Source: Carcharhinus longimanus (Eukaryota). From it: DNA of 64,000 nt. A program made the translations under genes and the position numbers. The notes below the pieces were generated by a model. The model was not told the DNA's origin and did no database searches. It saw only the letters and a list, made by a program, of their open reading frames with translations. This document shows, one piece after another, positions 1 to 12,142 of this stretch; position 1 is the first letter of the stretch, and each line of letters starts with the position of its first letter. The stretch is from the NCBI GenBank assembly GCA_030264375.1, contig JASCQW010000146.1, positions 26,159,232-26,223,231 on the forward strand, read 5' to 3'.

Positions 1-545
1 CTCCCCTCATTCTTCTAAACTCTAACGAGTACAAGCCTAGTTTATTCAGCCTCTCCTCGTAGCTCAACCCCCTCAACATTTTAACCTGGTGTTGTAAGAC
101 TTCTTTCTATGACCGAGCCAGTTCTGTATCCATCTTGCCAGCTCACCTCTGATCCCAGGCGACTTCACCTTCTATACCAGTCTGCCATGAGGGACCTTAT
201 CAAAGGCCTTACTGAAGTCCATGTAAACAGCCCTATCCTCATTATTCATCTTCGTCACTTCCTCAAAAAACTTGATCAAGTTAGTGAGACACGACCTCCC
301 CTTCAATAATCTATGTTGCCTCTTGCTAATACGTCCACTTATTTCCAAGTGGGAGTAAATCCCTGTCTCGAAGAATTCTCTCCAATAATTTCCTTAAGAC
401 TGAAGTTAAGCTCACCGGCCTGTAATTACTTGGATTATTCTTGCTACCCTTCTTAAACAAAGGAGCAACATTGGCTATTCTCTCCTGTAGCCTGTGAGGA
501 TACAAAGGTTTCTCTCAAGAAATTTCTCCCTTGCCTACCTCAGTA
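1..545 (-). mobile_element. CR1/HER1-type LINE fragments, decayed
   Basis: Minus strand reads RT-region remnants (VYMDFSKAFDKVP-like near 190-230; NYRPVSLT-like near 400-430). Confidence 0.7.
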
Positions 546-627
546 TTCTGCATTTCAACCTTCAAGCTTCAACCTTTCACTAGCAGCTGCATCATGGATG
601 TTGCTAAACATTTCTCTTTCTTCTTAG

Positions 628-694
628 GTTGCTATTGGGCGTCGACAGTGCCTAAATGTGTTTGGAAATGACTATGAGACATGTGATGGCACAG
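628..694 (+). CDS. GALE: UDP-glucose 4-epimerase, internal coding exon (upstream exons lie outside the window)
   Basis: ttag|GTT..ACA G|gtaag, 67 nt; [22 protein letters not shown](G) matches vertebrate GALE [23 protein letters not shown]. Confidence 0.96.
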
Positions 695-2044
695 GTAAGA
701 TCACTCTATCTTGTGATTCATGATTCAGGTATACACCGATCAACATGGTAACACAAAAGACAGATGCTCCAAAAGGATGTGGTGTGCGGCACTGGGTTCA
801 CACTGTCACCAAGGAGGTGACTTCTGCAGTTTTCTTGGGTCCATAAACTTAAACATATTATCCGTAACACAAAGTTTAAAAGACAGTGCTGAGCAGAATT
901 CCTATGGAGAAGCACAAATTCCTTTGTTGGAAGTTGGATTCACATACTCTGAGGCTCTGGATAATTTCAGCTTTGTCTTTCCTATTTTGTACAAAATATC
1001 TATTTATAATTGGGCATGTTTTGTTTAAAACAGAAAGCAAATGCAGTCATGTGCCCTTCAAATTTTGGGGAGAGAAAATAAACAGATTCACTAAATTCAA
1101 TAATGGGTGTCACACAAAGTGAGATAAAAGTCTTCAGGGAATTGTGGGGTGGGGTTGTTTGTTGTTCCAATTGTGTTCCTTGTACATGGTCCTTTTTTTT
1201 GTACCTCCAGTGTCTTCATTTATTGGGGAACTACCTTGAGCAGCTCCAATGTCCTCAATTGACAGTTCCACTGGAAACCTCTGCCACTCGTTCACGTTGA
1301 TCCATTCCTGTGTGAACAACATGCTTAACGAAGCTTCCTGCATTTATGTTTGTATTAGCAGGAACATCCAGAGGTGCTACAGAGCCAATGACCTCTGAGA
1401 ATAAAGCGCCTTGGCAGAAGAAAATGGATGACTTGCTATTACTGCTAGTGGTGGTGCTGTATTGGCACTTGTCTTACCGTGTACATTTACATGGTCAAGT
1501 GTACTCTGCAGGATTTTTGCACGCGGGACATTTTGGGCAGATGTGTATGATAATCAGGATCTGTATATTATTTACACTGAGTGCTGTATTTGCACAAAGG
1601 CAAATATATGTTGAGAAAACCTCCTGGTTGTCATAAGAGTTTAGGAGCAAATAGATTAAGATGAATTAGAAGGCGGCATTTGTTAGGTTACAATAAGGAT
1701 ATTCTGCATTTGAGGGTGAAAAGATGTTAAAGCTATACCATAATAGCACAGAATCACCTGGATGATGCCAAGACATGGATGCAAGTTGAAATGCTGATTC
1801 CAGGGCTGTGGGGAGGAATTTGGGCAGTGGGGATAGTTTTTGATGGTTTTAAATTAAAGGACAAATGACACCTTTTTGTGCTGCAGATGTCTAATCTAAA
1901 GTGCTGTGTACTGCAGCTAAGGCTTTTCTGGGTGTTTTGATGAGTACAACCATGATACTGGAAACAAACTGTCCTCATTTCTAGGAATAGGAGTTGTTTA
2001 TGGATCTGAATGCACGCAAATAAGAGCTTTGTCTTGCTGTTTAG

Positions 2045-2130
2045 GTGTCAGGGATTACATTCATGTTGTGGATCTTGCAAAGGGACACATTGCTGCACTG
2101 AAGAAGCTTAAAGAGAAATGCAGCTGCAAG
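2045..2130 (+). CDS. GALE: UDP-glucose 4-epimerase exon
   Basis: ttag|..AAG|gtttg, 86 nt, phase consistent; (G)[28 protein letters not shown] contains the GVRDYIHV motif. Confidence 0.97.
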
Positions 2131-2359
2131 GTTTGTTATTGAAAGCTGCACTCTGGGCAGCTTTAACACTGTTTTAGTCTGCAAGACTATTGTCTCTGCT
2201 GCCTTCTACAATTTGAGTTACCTGTTTCCAATTCTTTGATATCTTTACCCCATCCTTTTTCTTCTATTCTCCCAAGACTTTGTCCTTTGTCAGCACTACA
2301 TAACTTATGCTAGGGCTACCTGTTTTCACAATAACCACTGTGTGGTTCTCTCTGTCCAG

Positions 2360-2437
2360 GTGTATAATCTTGGTACTGGAACAGGTTACTCTGTTCTGCA
2401 GATGGTAAAAGCGATGGAGAAAGCTTCCGGAAGAGAG
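2360..2437 (+). CDS. GALE: UDP-glucose 4-epimerase exon
   Basis: ccag|GTG..GAG|gtatg, 78 nt; [26 protein letters not shown]. Confidence 0.97.
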
Positions 2438-2569
2438 GTATGTGATGGTAATCAGAGCTTCTGAAATGCCACCTTTTAGCTCAGCTGATAATTAATTAAA
2501 ACACTTTTAATCTGTGATTAAAAAATGGATCAAATAACACAAAAATCTTGGTTTTCTCATCTTTTGCAG

Positions 2570-2684
2570 ATTAAATATCAGATTGTCTCAAGGAGAGAAG
2601 GAGATATTGCTTCTTGCTTTGCCAATCCAGCTCTCGCAGAGAAGGAACTTGGATGGAAGGCAGAGTTTGGGATTGATAAGATGT
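2570..2684 (+). CDS. GALE: UDP-glucose 4-epimerase exon
   Basis: gcag|ATT..ATG T|gtaag, 115 nt; IKYQIVSRREGDIASCFANPALAEKELGWKAEFGIDKM; keeps the Cys equivalent to human C307. Confidence 0.97.
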
Positions 2685-2765
2685 GTAAGCACTCAGTGTA
2701 ATAAAATGTCTGGGAGTTTAATGTAATTTTGATGTTCCATATTAAAGCAACATTTTAATTTGTGT

Positions 2766-2932
2766 AAAAGCAAAATACTGCAGAATCTGAAACAAAACAG
2801 AAAATGCTGGAAAATCTCAGCAGGTCTAACAGCATCTGTGGAGAGAAAAGAGCCAACATNNNNNNNNGCAGAATGTTGGCTTTATTCTCTCTCCATAAAT
2901 GCTGTCAGACCTGCTGAGATTTTCCAGCAATT
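2766..2932. repeat. Inverted-repeat (hairpin) element, probably Penelope-derived, in the last GALE intron
   Basis: Arm gctggaaaatctcagcaggtctaacagcatctgtggagagaaa pairs with tctctccataaatgctgtcagacctgctgagattttccagc; related half copies near 21750-21840, 34640-34770 and 40400-40470. Confidence 0.7.
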
Positions 2933-3050
2933 GCTGTGGTGGGGTAGTTAAAAAATGTGTGACTATTTTTCAAGTCTTCATTTAGAGCTGTACTATTGCA
3001 TTGTTAAATGCTGGACTGTTCATTGAGTTTTAATATTCTTTGTATTTTAG

Positions 3051-3133
3051 GTCAAGATTTATGGCATTGGCAATCCCAAAATCCTTACGGCTTCAGCAAG
3101 AGTGAAACACCAAATGCGACATCTACCAGTTGA
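3051..3133 (+). CDS. GALE: UDP-glucose 4-epimerase last coding exon
   Basis: ttag|GT CAA..TGA; (C)QDLWHWQSQNPYGFSKSETPNATSTS*; candidate AATAAA at 3529-3534. Confidence 0.95.
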
Positions 3134-3734
3134 TTTTTTTTATATAAGAGAACAAGATTTTAAATCTTTTGTAAAACCTTTTAGCGGTAGCCCAGAAATC
3201 ACCGGTGATAAAATACAAAGTAGTCTTTCTAGAGATCTCTAATCTGTTCTGGTGGAGGATGATGTTATTTGAAAACTACATCAGAGCACAGAAATTGTGT
3301 ACTTGTGAATTTTATTACATTTACTGATTTACATCAGATTTTAGAATTGAAAATTATGAAGCAGTTTAAAGGTCAGTGAGGGACTGATTTCTTTTAGCAA
3401 GATTGTCTCTCACTTTCTTGTTGGCTGAAGTTCCAGTAACTTGTATATAATTTATATATACACAACACATGAGCTGACTACAGCTCTGGTGCATTTGAAG
3501 TTTTTATACATTGGAATAACACCATAGCAATAAATTAACACCAAGTTTTGGTATGTGTGCTTCCAAGAATTTCTTTTCTGCTTCTGACATGGAAAAGTGC
3601 ATTGATCTTAGTTACACCAACTGCCTCATTTGTAATTTGAGTTGATGCCAGGATTGTTGAAGGATTTTTATGTTGCAGAGTCAGACAGACTTTATCACGG
3701 TTAAAACAAGCAAATTTTGGTTGCAGGTTGGTAG

Positions 3735-4293
3735 CACTGGCAATCTGTTTACAATCATATCTGTTGATGGAGTATAAGAATAAAGACATCTTGCTACAAT
3801 TATACAGGGCTTTCGTGAGACCACACCTGGACTATTGTGCAGTTTTAGTTTCTGTGTTTAAGGAAGGATATACTTGTATTGGAAGTGGTACAGCAAAGGT
3901 TTACGAGATTGGACTAACCCTCTTATCCCAAAGACCAATGCTAAGAGGCTGAGTAAATTGGACCTATACCCTCCTGGAGTTTAGAAACACTAGAGGTGAT
4001 CTCATTAAAACATACATTCTACCCTGTCCAGCCCCTTCAGAATCTTGTAAGAGGTTATATACCCTTAACTGAGGAATCTAGAACACAGGTGTCCAGGTAA
4101 AGGGCTTATCATTTAGTAATGAGATGAGAAATTTCTTCACTTTATAAACATTGGAAATCTTTGGAATTATCAATCCAAAGGATTGTGGCTATTCCATCAG
4201 ATATATTTAAGACTGAGATGGACAAAAATTTTTGGTGTCTTAACAATTTAAGGGGCAGGAAAATGGAGTTGACAGTAAAGATCAATTATGATG
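3735..4293 (+). mobile_element. CR1/HER1-type LINE 3' fragment
   Basis: EYKNKDILLQLYRAFVRPHLDYC is the CR1 ORF2 C-terminal motif; decays into a 3' tail. Confidence 0.8.
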
Positions 4294-4689
4294 ANNNNNN
4301 NNNNNNNNNNNNNNNNNNNNNNNNNNNNNNNNNNNNNNNNNNNNNNNNNNNNNNNNNNNNNNNNNNNNNNNNNNNNNNNNNNNNNNNNNNNNNNGTCAAG
4401 TTCCAAATTAATGCTGATTTTCCCTACAATTCCACATTTAAATGTCTAAAAATTTGGTTTCTGACCAATGACAGTATCCAAATGGCAAACAGTGCATCTG
4501 GGTACATTGTCCACCCCCATAACCTCTGAGCTTCTGAAAGATTCAGCCACCTGGTTGTCTTCCACCATCAGGCTGTTGCCAGCTCAGTGGGTTATTCTTC
4601 CAGTCCTGTTTTGCTGCTAGGATTTAATACCAATTTCTCTCAAACAAACAGTCATCAGAACTTGGGAGGTGAAAAAAAAATCAGCAACC

Positions 4690-5135
4690 TACAATTATCT
4701 TGAATAAAGCTGCCAGGCCAGACTTGTTGGCCCCTAAGTGACATCTCCCTTATTCTAAGGTTGTGCCCCCTGGTCCTAGACTCCACAACCAAGGGAAACA
4801 TCTTATCTGCAACTACCCAGTCTATTCATTTAAGTATTTTGTAGATTTCAATACTATCCTCCTCTGATTTGCCGACATTCTTGAGAATACATTTCCGATC
4901 TCTTCATAAGATGGTCTGCCATCCTGAGAACGTCTGGTGAACTTTTCTGCGCTCCCTCTATATGGCAATGTTCTTTGCCGTAATGAGACACAACCTGCAC
5001 ACTGCACTCCAGATGTTGTCTAACCAAGATTCAACACAATTGAAGCAAGACTTCACTACTCCAGTACTCAAATCCTCTTATGAATCATCACTTTAATAGC
5101 TTGCGACTTCTGGAAAATGACCCCCAGGTCCCTTT
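4690..5135 (-). mobile_element. CR1-type LINE 3' fragment
   Basis: Minus strand resembles the same ORF2 C-terminus (LVRQHLECSV.., KFTR..) with stops and frameshifts. Confidence 0.6.
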
Positions 5136-5627
5136 GTATGTCTTACGTTTCATTGTTTAATACACTAAACATAAAATTCCACATTAAAAATTATCATGTT
5201 TTGCATAAGATCATCAATATCTCAGCAGGTTCAGGGTGATTAATTGGGTCATAGTGACCCTGCTGTATGAACTCATTTCCACTAGGGGGCAGAAAATGTT
5301 ATGATCTACAATTGATCGCAGCATCCCCACATTAGAATGGGCAGCTTTTCTCCACCCAAATGTGATGCATATTGTACATAGACACCATCAGAATCAATGT
5401 ATCATCCTGATAAATCTACTCTGTACTCCCTCCAAGGCTATAATATCCTTCCAAAAGGTGTAGTGTCCAGACTGAACTTAAGAGCTCCATGTGTAGTCTA
5501 ACCAGGGCCAAAATTAATTGACCATATTGTTGAAGGGGTATATCTACATGACATCAATATTATCGATTATGATTCCTACAAATTGTCATAAACAGAAATG
5601 CAAACAAAAGACTACAGCAGCACTTAG

Positions 5628-5802
5628 CAGTGGACATGAGTGATGCTGCATTGAGTAGGTTTTTCAACTGATGTTTTGCAGCACTAATGATCATCCTTAG
5701 CTTATCTGTCATCATAAAAGCAAATGTTAACAGTATCATTGGATCCATTTCACTATGGTACTGTAGGATCCTGATATCCTCATTGACACTGCCATCTACT
5801 GC
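5628..5802 (-). pseudogene. Non-functional duplicate of LYPLA2 exon 9
   Basis: AVDGSVNEDIRILQYHSEMDPMILLTFAFMMTDKLRMIISAAKHQLK/TYSMQHHSCPL aligns to exon 18480-18653; acceptor AG>AA, donor GT>CT, +1 A frameshift (175 vs 174 nt). Confidence 0.9.
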
Positions 5803-7861
5803 TTAGAATTTTTTTAAAAAAATCAAATATTGTTGCAAATATCTAGTTCATAGAGTACATTTTTAAATTTTAAATGTAGTTTACTGTAGGAAATAGAATT
5901 CATACGATTAGGGTATCATGATCGGTACAGGCTTGGAAGGTTGAAGGGCATGTTTCTGTGCTGTACTTTTCTTCGTTACTTAAAGCAAGTATGGAGCCTA
6001 TTGCACATGAACAGCTAGAAAGATAATTAAAATGCTGGGCTTTAGAAATTGCCAGAACACCTAAAAAAATGGTAGTTCAAAACATGATTCATGTTTGTTT
6101 AATAAAATTAGAGATAAAGCTGGAACACAGCAGGTTGCCTTACTTAGCAAAAGAACTGGAGGTGTGATGTCTGCAAAGCTTGCAAGAACAATGGCAGTCC
6201 AGAACATAAGAACATAAGAAATAGGAGCAGGAGTAGGCCATCTAGCCCTTCGAGCCTGCCCCGCCATTCAATAANNNNNNNNNNNNNNNNNNNNNNNNNN
6301 NNNNNNNNNNNNNNNNNNNNNNNNNNNNNNNNNNNNNNNNNNNNNNNNNNNNNNNNNNNNNNNNNNNNNNNNNNCCCTCAACTCCGGTATCAGCCTAGTA
6401 AACCTCCTCTGCACTCCCTCCAAGGCCAAAATATCCTTGCGTAAATGCGGCAGAGATGTTTTTGTTTTGGGAGGTAGAGCTAGGTTGTTAAATCCCGAAA
6501 GAATGTAAAACCTATTTACTTCACCAAATAAGAAATTGTGTTTGAGGGGTGATTAATTAAAAGGCAGTTTGAAGATGGGTGGAGCTTAGGGAGGTTCTCT
6601 GGTTTCAACTTACCCAGGTGTTTGCTGAAATAGTTGCATTTTGGATCTGACGCAGTTTGTAGCTCACTGAGAAAAGTGAGCCATAGCAAACAATAGATGG
6701 ACCTGCACTGTAAGTAAAGATCTGATGTCATTGTCGGCTATGTGGAATATGGGTGAGGCATAAATTCAGTTTGAATCCTGAGAGAGAGTAGCAGCTGAGA
6801 GATTACTTAGTTTGAATCTTGTGGGAGAATCTAAAAGTGTCATATTGCAAAAGGGAGTAATCAGCTGAGTTAACTTGGAAGTATTGGAAAGTAACCAGAG
6901 CAAGGGATTGGGTCATCCACAGTCAGAGAGTAAACTAGTCTCTGAGAATAGTTGGAGCTAAGGACAATCCAAAAAGCAGCACTAGGCATACGTAAAAATG
7001 AGGCATCAGTCTGGTTAAGCTAGAACATAGGACAATTTGTGTACCAAACTGCATAAGCAGCAGATGATAGACAGAGCCAAGCGATTCCACAACCAACTGA
7101 TCAGATCTAAGCCGTGCAATCCTGCCAAACTCTGGCCAAGAAATGTTTTTTAGCTCACCCCTAGTCAGTCTTCTGATCTTGTACCTTGGATATTGAAACT
7201 GGATTTCCACACGATACAATGGCATCTTCGGCAGTGTTGAGAATTAACCAGACGATGCACGGTGAGTAATCAAAAATTGCGCCTTTATTCCTTGTGCACA
7301 AGGAGAACAACACAGTGGATCTCACTATGATGTTCTGACCAGATTCTGTAAAACAGTTTCAAATATAGCATTCTGTAGCCAATACACACCAGTTAAAACT
7401 CCAATAGCATTACAGTTTGCTGTGCATTTTCAACCAATACAGTTCAGCATCTTTTCAATCCTTAGTCTGCATATTTATTGCTGTACATGAAGATGTAGAG
7501 TCCGTGACATTTTAGCACACAGCATTCAGTAAACATCCTTACTTTCCCTAACCACAAACTGCACCCAGAAGTGGGTCTCAATATTTACTTATGCTGATCA
7601 AGCAGACTCACACCTTTCACCTACTAATGACTGACTCCAACTTCCACAGCAGCAGCGTGAAGTTTTATTTCTGTCTTCTGTTACCAAAGTTACTTCAAAG
7701 CTTTTCTAAGGCGATCACTTCCTATGTCTTCACTTCTGGTGCTTTTCACCAGGTCAGACTTTTTTTCCTAAATTTCTTCCTCAGCTTCAGGGTTGTTCAG
7801 ATAGCTGACAGCATGTTGTATTATGTTGTGTGTAGTACAGCAGGACTCATGAAAAGATTCT

Positions 7862-8647
7862 GGGGGCGATTTTGCCAAAATAAATTCTATGTTCTGAACA
7901 AGCACAAAAATAGGAGAGTATATAACACCCATTTTTCAGTGAGCTTTCAGACATGATCTTATGCCGCTTAGTGCAAAAAAAAAGCCAAGTGTGATTCACA
8001 CCAGTAGGGGGATTGGATGAAATCTATTCTCGCCAGAAAACTGGCTGCCCACCACTAAACAGAGCTATTGCACATGCGCAATTTTCTCATTGTGTATATA
8101 GAACACTGAAGATCTGTCACTGACCGNNNNNNNNNNNNNNNNNNNNNNNNNNNNNNNNNNNNNNNNNNNNNNNNNNNNNNNNNNNNNNNNNNNNNNNNNN
8201 NNNNNNNNCCTGGCTAATCATACACCCCCAGATATCATCCCTATGCCTGGCTGATTGCTGTCCTGATACTCCTCTTCCCACCCCCCACGACATTCACTAC
8301 CCCTCCCCTCCAGCCGGTCTCACCACCCCCTAATTGATTGCTGTCATAATACTCGTCCCCCTGACAATCACGCCCACCTCCTCCCCTTCCTTCCATATCC
8401 CCTCCCCATACCACCTGCACCTCCATACAATTGTGCCAGCCTGATTGCAGAGTGTGCAGCTTCCCTCCCTGCCCAACTCCCCTTGAGCCCTGCCTCCCCC
8501 TTTAAGCCCCTTCCCAGCATGATTACGCCAGCAAGATTTAGAGAGATGGGTAACCCTGCGTGACTTGGATTTTTCTGGCCTCTCTCGCAATCTTACTGGC
8601 TCATCTTGTCAATTGGCCAGCGCAATGAGCTGGTAAAAATCACCCCC
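7862..8647. mobile_element. Non-autonomous DNA transposon (MITE-like) with terminal inverted repeats
   Basis: Left end GGGGGCGATTTTGCCA; right end reverse complement GGGGGTGATTTTTACCA; internal N gap; no transposase seen. Confidence 0.55.
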
Positions 8648-11600
8648 TCAGTTTTGTATAGGTTAACAGTCTATATGTATTTTTATTAATTACTAGAATT
8701 ACATACATACAGTATAAGGTCTGAGCTTTGACCTGTCTCCCTGCTTACATCAGCACCCATCTCTGTCCAATACAAGACTGCCCTCTACACTCGGGTCATA
8801 CATTGCACAGTGGGTGGTACTGCACTCAGTCCACATTAATCCTTATACTATAGTTAAAATTATGAAAAGTTTTGACAATGTCAACAAGAGGATATGTTTC
8901 CTCCTGTGGAGAAGAGTATAACTTTAGGCCATCAATATAAGATAATCACCTAGACATCTAACAGGGAATTTGGAAGGAATTTTTTCGCTCAAGGATTGGT
9001 AAAAATCCAAAGATTCTGCCACCACCAACACCACCCGCACCCCACTGCCAGCCAGAGCAGTGGAAGTGGTAAGTATTGATGCATTTAAAGGAGGTAGAAA
9101 ATGCATATTAGGGAGGACGAGATGGTTACAATGGTTGATTCAAAATGAGAAAAGCTAGGCGGAACCTGCAGTGGAGCTTAAACACCAGACTGATGTGGCC
9201 TCTGTGCCACACAGCCTGTGGAAACTGAACATAATTAACAGAAATTTCAACTATACTCATTTGTTCTGGGGATTATGGCCAACTTGTAGCTTATGCTCTT
9301 TAATATTTTAAATTAGCATAATTCTAGGCAAATTGCACTGCCTGTCAGGAACTCTGCTCTCCTGGAGTGATCCAGCCTCTTTGGCTGAGGTTTGTGCCTG
9401 ATTTCTCTCATGATGTTACCAGCACTGGCGTGTTCAGCCTTGTACCCATTTCTGGTGTGAGGCAGAATAAATTATATAAGTCAAATTTAAATAGAATTAG
9501 CAAGCCAGGGACTCAAACCATCCAGGCCAGACATTTTGGCTTTGCTGGTAAAACCAGAGGCCTTTGAGGCTCCCATGGGAAGTCGGGGCAAGGGGTGGTT
9601 GCCCACCCAGTTATCAGGCAGTGTCATGAGGATGGTACCAGCTAGGCAGTGCTTTACTGATGGTGTGGCCCACTGCACACACTACAGTTGTAATTTTGAT
9701 GTTTAAAGCAACAGTTAAGTGAGAAAGGTAACAATTATCTTTCATCTCAATTTGAGAGTTTGAAATCCAATCCTTGGTTTCAATGCAGTTAGAAATTAAA
9801 ATATTGCATACTTACACACTAAATAGTGTCTATGTACTATACGATTGCTAAATGCTGGAAGTATTACATTTCAAAACTATATTCTTTGCATTTTCAGCCG
9901 TGGCTTTGTAGTGATGGCAATTTCAGAATCCTTACGATCTCAAAAGAATGAAATGTGCCACAACAGCTAATAGTTGTACTTTCTAAATACACTAGTTTTT
10001 AAATCTAATACAAAACTGTTTGTGCAGCAGCCCAGAATGTAGATCACAGGGAGAAGACAGGTTCAAAGCTGCAATTGATTTTTAAAAAGTTTGGATTAAA
10101 CATAGGTCAACAAAGCAACTGCTGTAATATGAAATAACCAGCTGGGAATTTCCTTCACTTTCAGTTAAATGGAGGACAAGACACTTGCAATTCAAAATGA
10201 AGTACAAATTAAAATTATATTCATACCATAAACTCTGCTGCCACTATAAATAACAAAGCTTTGATTTAAAATAGCAAATCTCCTGTGGTATTGCTTAATA
10301 CATTATCAATTCAAAATGCACATTTTTCATTTAATTTTCCAATGGACAAATAGTCAGCTATAGCTGATACATCTAAAGAGCAAATGTACCATGTTGTTTT
10401 GTCTTGGAATGCACTGCCTGAAAGTAGTTTCCACCAGCAGAAGGGAATTAGACAAATGTTTAAAAAGGTGAAGTTTGCAGGGATATGGGGAGAGAGTTGG
10501 AAGTGGGACCAAAAGACAACAGGCCTCCAGCTATGCTGCAAAATTCTATAAAACACAAATCAGAAAAAAATCAATTGCAGTTTAAAGATATTAAAATTAA
10601 ATTAAAAATTAAAACTAAATTTAAAAATGTTACAAAAATGATCCAAACATGTTGCTCGATTCTTTGTTTTGGGAGGAGGGAGAATGCTTTGTTACACTTG
10701 CAAGCTGGGAATTTTAGTATGGGAAGCAATATTTATAATGAACACAATTAAAATGATAAGCATATCTCAGCAATATTATTCTGAGTTACAGACATCCATA
10801 CTTTCCAGGCATCACCAAGTAGCTGGGCTATACTGTATACAAACCTGGCTGTCTTCACTGCTGTCCTACTTCAGAAGATTTTTCTCACAACCAAAGAAAC
10901 AGGTAGTGTGTGCATTGTGTTTCTAAGGTTGTCAAGACAGGCTAACAAAGTTTGCTAATTCAGTCAAAGATGGAACTAGATAAAACTCCACAGCCAGGTC
11001 ATTAGCACCATAACTATTCATCATTCCTGTCTTGTGTTTTAATTTGTCAGGATACACGTTTTCTTAAAAATACAGTTAGGAATAACACACTTTCCAAATT
11101 ATTTATGCAAAAATATCCCAGAATGCGATACCATGATATAACAAGAATCTTTACAAAATTTTCAGTGATGTTCAGTCAATTGCTCCCTTCCCCCTGCAGC
11201 ATAAGTGCCAACCTAAGAGGAGCATCAGAAGAAGTCAAAAAATGTGACAAATTTGAGTCTGTCACAGGTACCTTCTGGATAATGATACATGACAGAAAGA
11301 TACTCCAAAAATTATATAAAGAGAATTTTATTCAGATTGGTCCATTTTTTAAAAAAAATCTCACACTGTGAAACCATTAGCAAGCATAAGCCTGGGAGGA
11401 AAAAAGGGTTGCAAACCGTTACTGCAGGAAAATTCTACTTACAAAGTCTGCATCAAAAGTGTCTACACAGGAAGAAAAATGGTAAAGGAAATATAATAAT
11501 TGGAATAGACCGCATGCTGTTTATATCAGAATGTACAACTTCAAACACCTAGACGGACATTAAAACTTTGAAACCTAGGTGTCACCAGGAATAAATCTCT

Positions 11601-11699
11601 TGGATACTAGTGTAAACTCAGAAGAAAAATCATGGCAGCATTAAAAATAACTGCATTAGTGTTTTTCACTTTCTTTGAGCACTTTTATTCATTGGGTAT

Positions 11700-12142
11700 T
11701 AGAACACACGAACTAGAAGCAGTAGGCGGCCATCTGGTCCCCCTGCTCCACCACTCAATAGGATCATGGCTGATCATTTCGTGAACTCAGCTCCAATTAC
11801 CACCTGTTCACCATAACCCTTGATTCCTTTACTGTTCAAAAATTGCCTTAAAAATATTCAGTGAGGTAACCTTAACTGCTTCACTGGACAGGGAATTCCT
11901 GTGGGTGAAAGAGTTCCTCCTCAACTCTGTCCTAAATCTATTCCCCCCTTATTTTGAGGCCATGCCCCTTTGTTCTAGTTTCACCTGCCAGTGGAGACAA
12001 CTTTCCTTCTTCTATATTATTTATTCCCTTCATAATCTTATATTTTTCAACAATCTCCCCTCAATCTTCTAAACTCCAATGAGTATAGCTCCAGTCTACT
12101 CACTCTCTCCTCATAAGCCAACCCTCTCAACTCCAGAATCCA
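11700..12142 (-). mobile_element. CR1/HER1-type LINE 3' end
   Basis: Same tail as copies at ~6205 and ~28803 (agaacataagaaataggagcaggagtaggcc-like) followed by a decayed ORF2 C-terminus. Confidence 0.7.

Noticed and set aside
3100-3133. GALE C-terminal extension with an NAT sequon
   Set aside because: Short variable tail on a cytosolic enzyme; no reason to infer glycosylation or a new function
8660-8855. Possible solo Gypsy-type LTR
   Set aside because: Only a TG start and a minus-strand AATAAA; no second copy, PBS or clear TSD to support it
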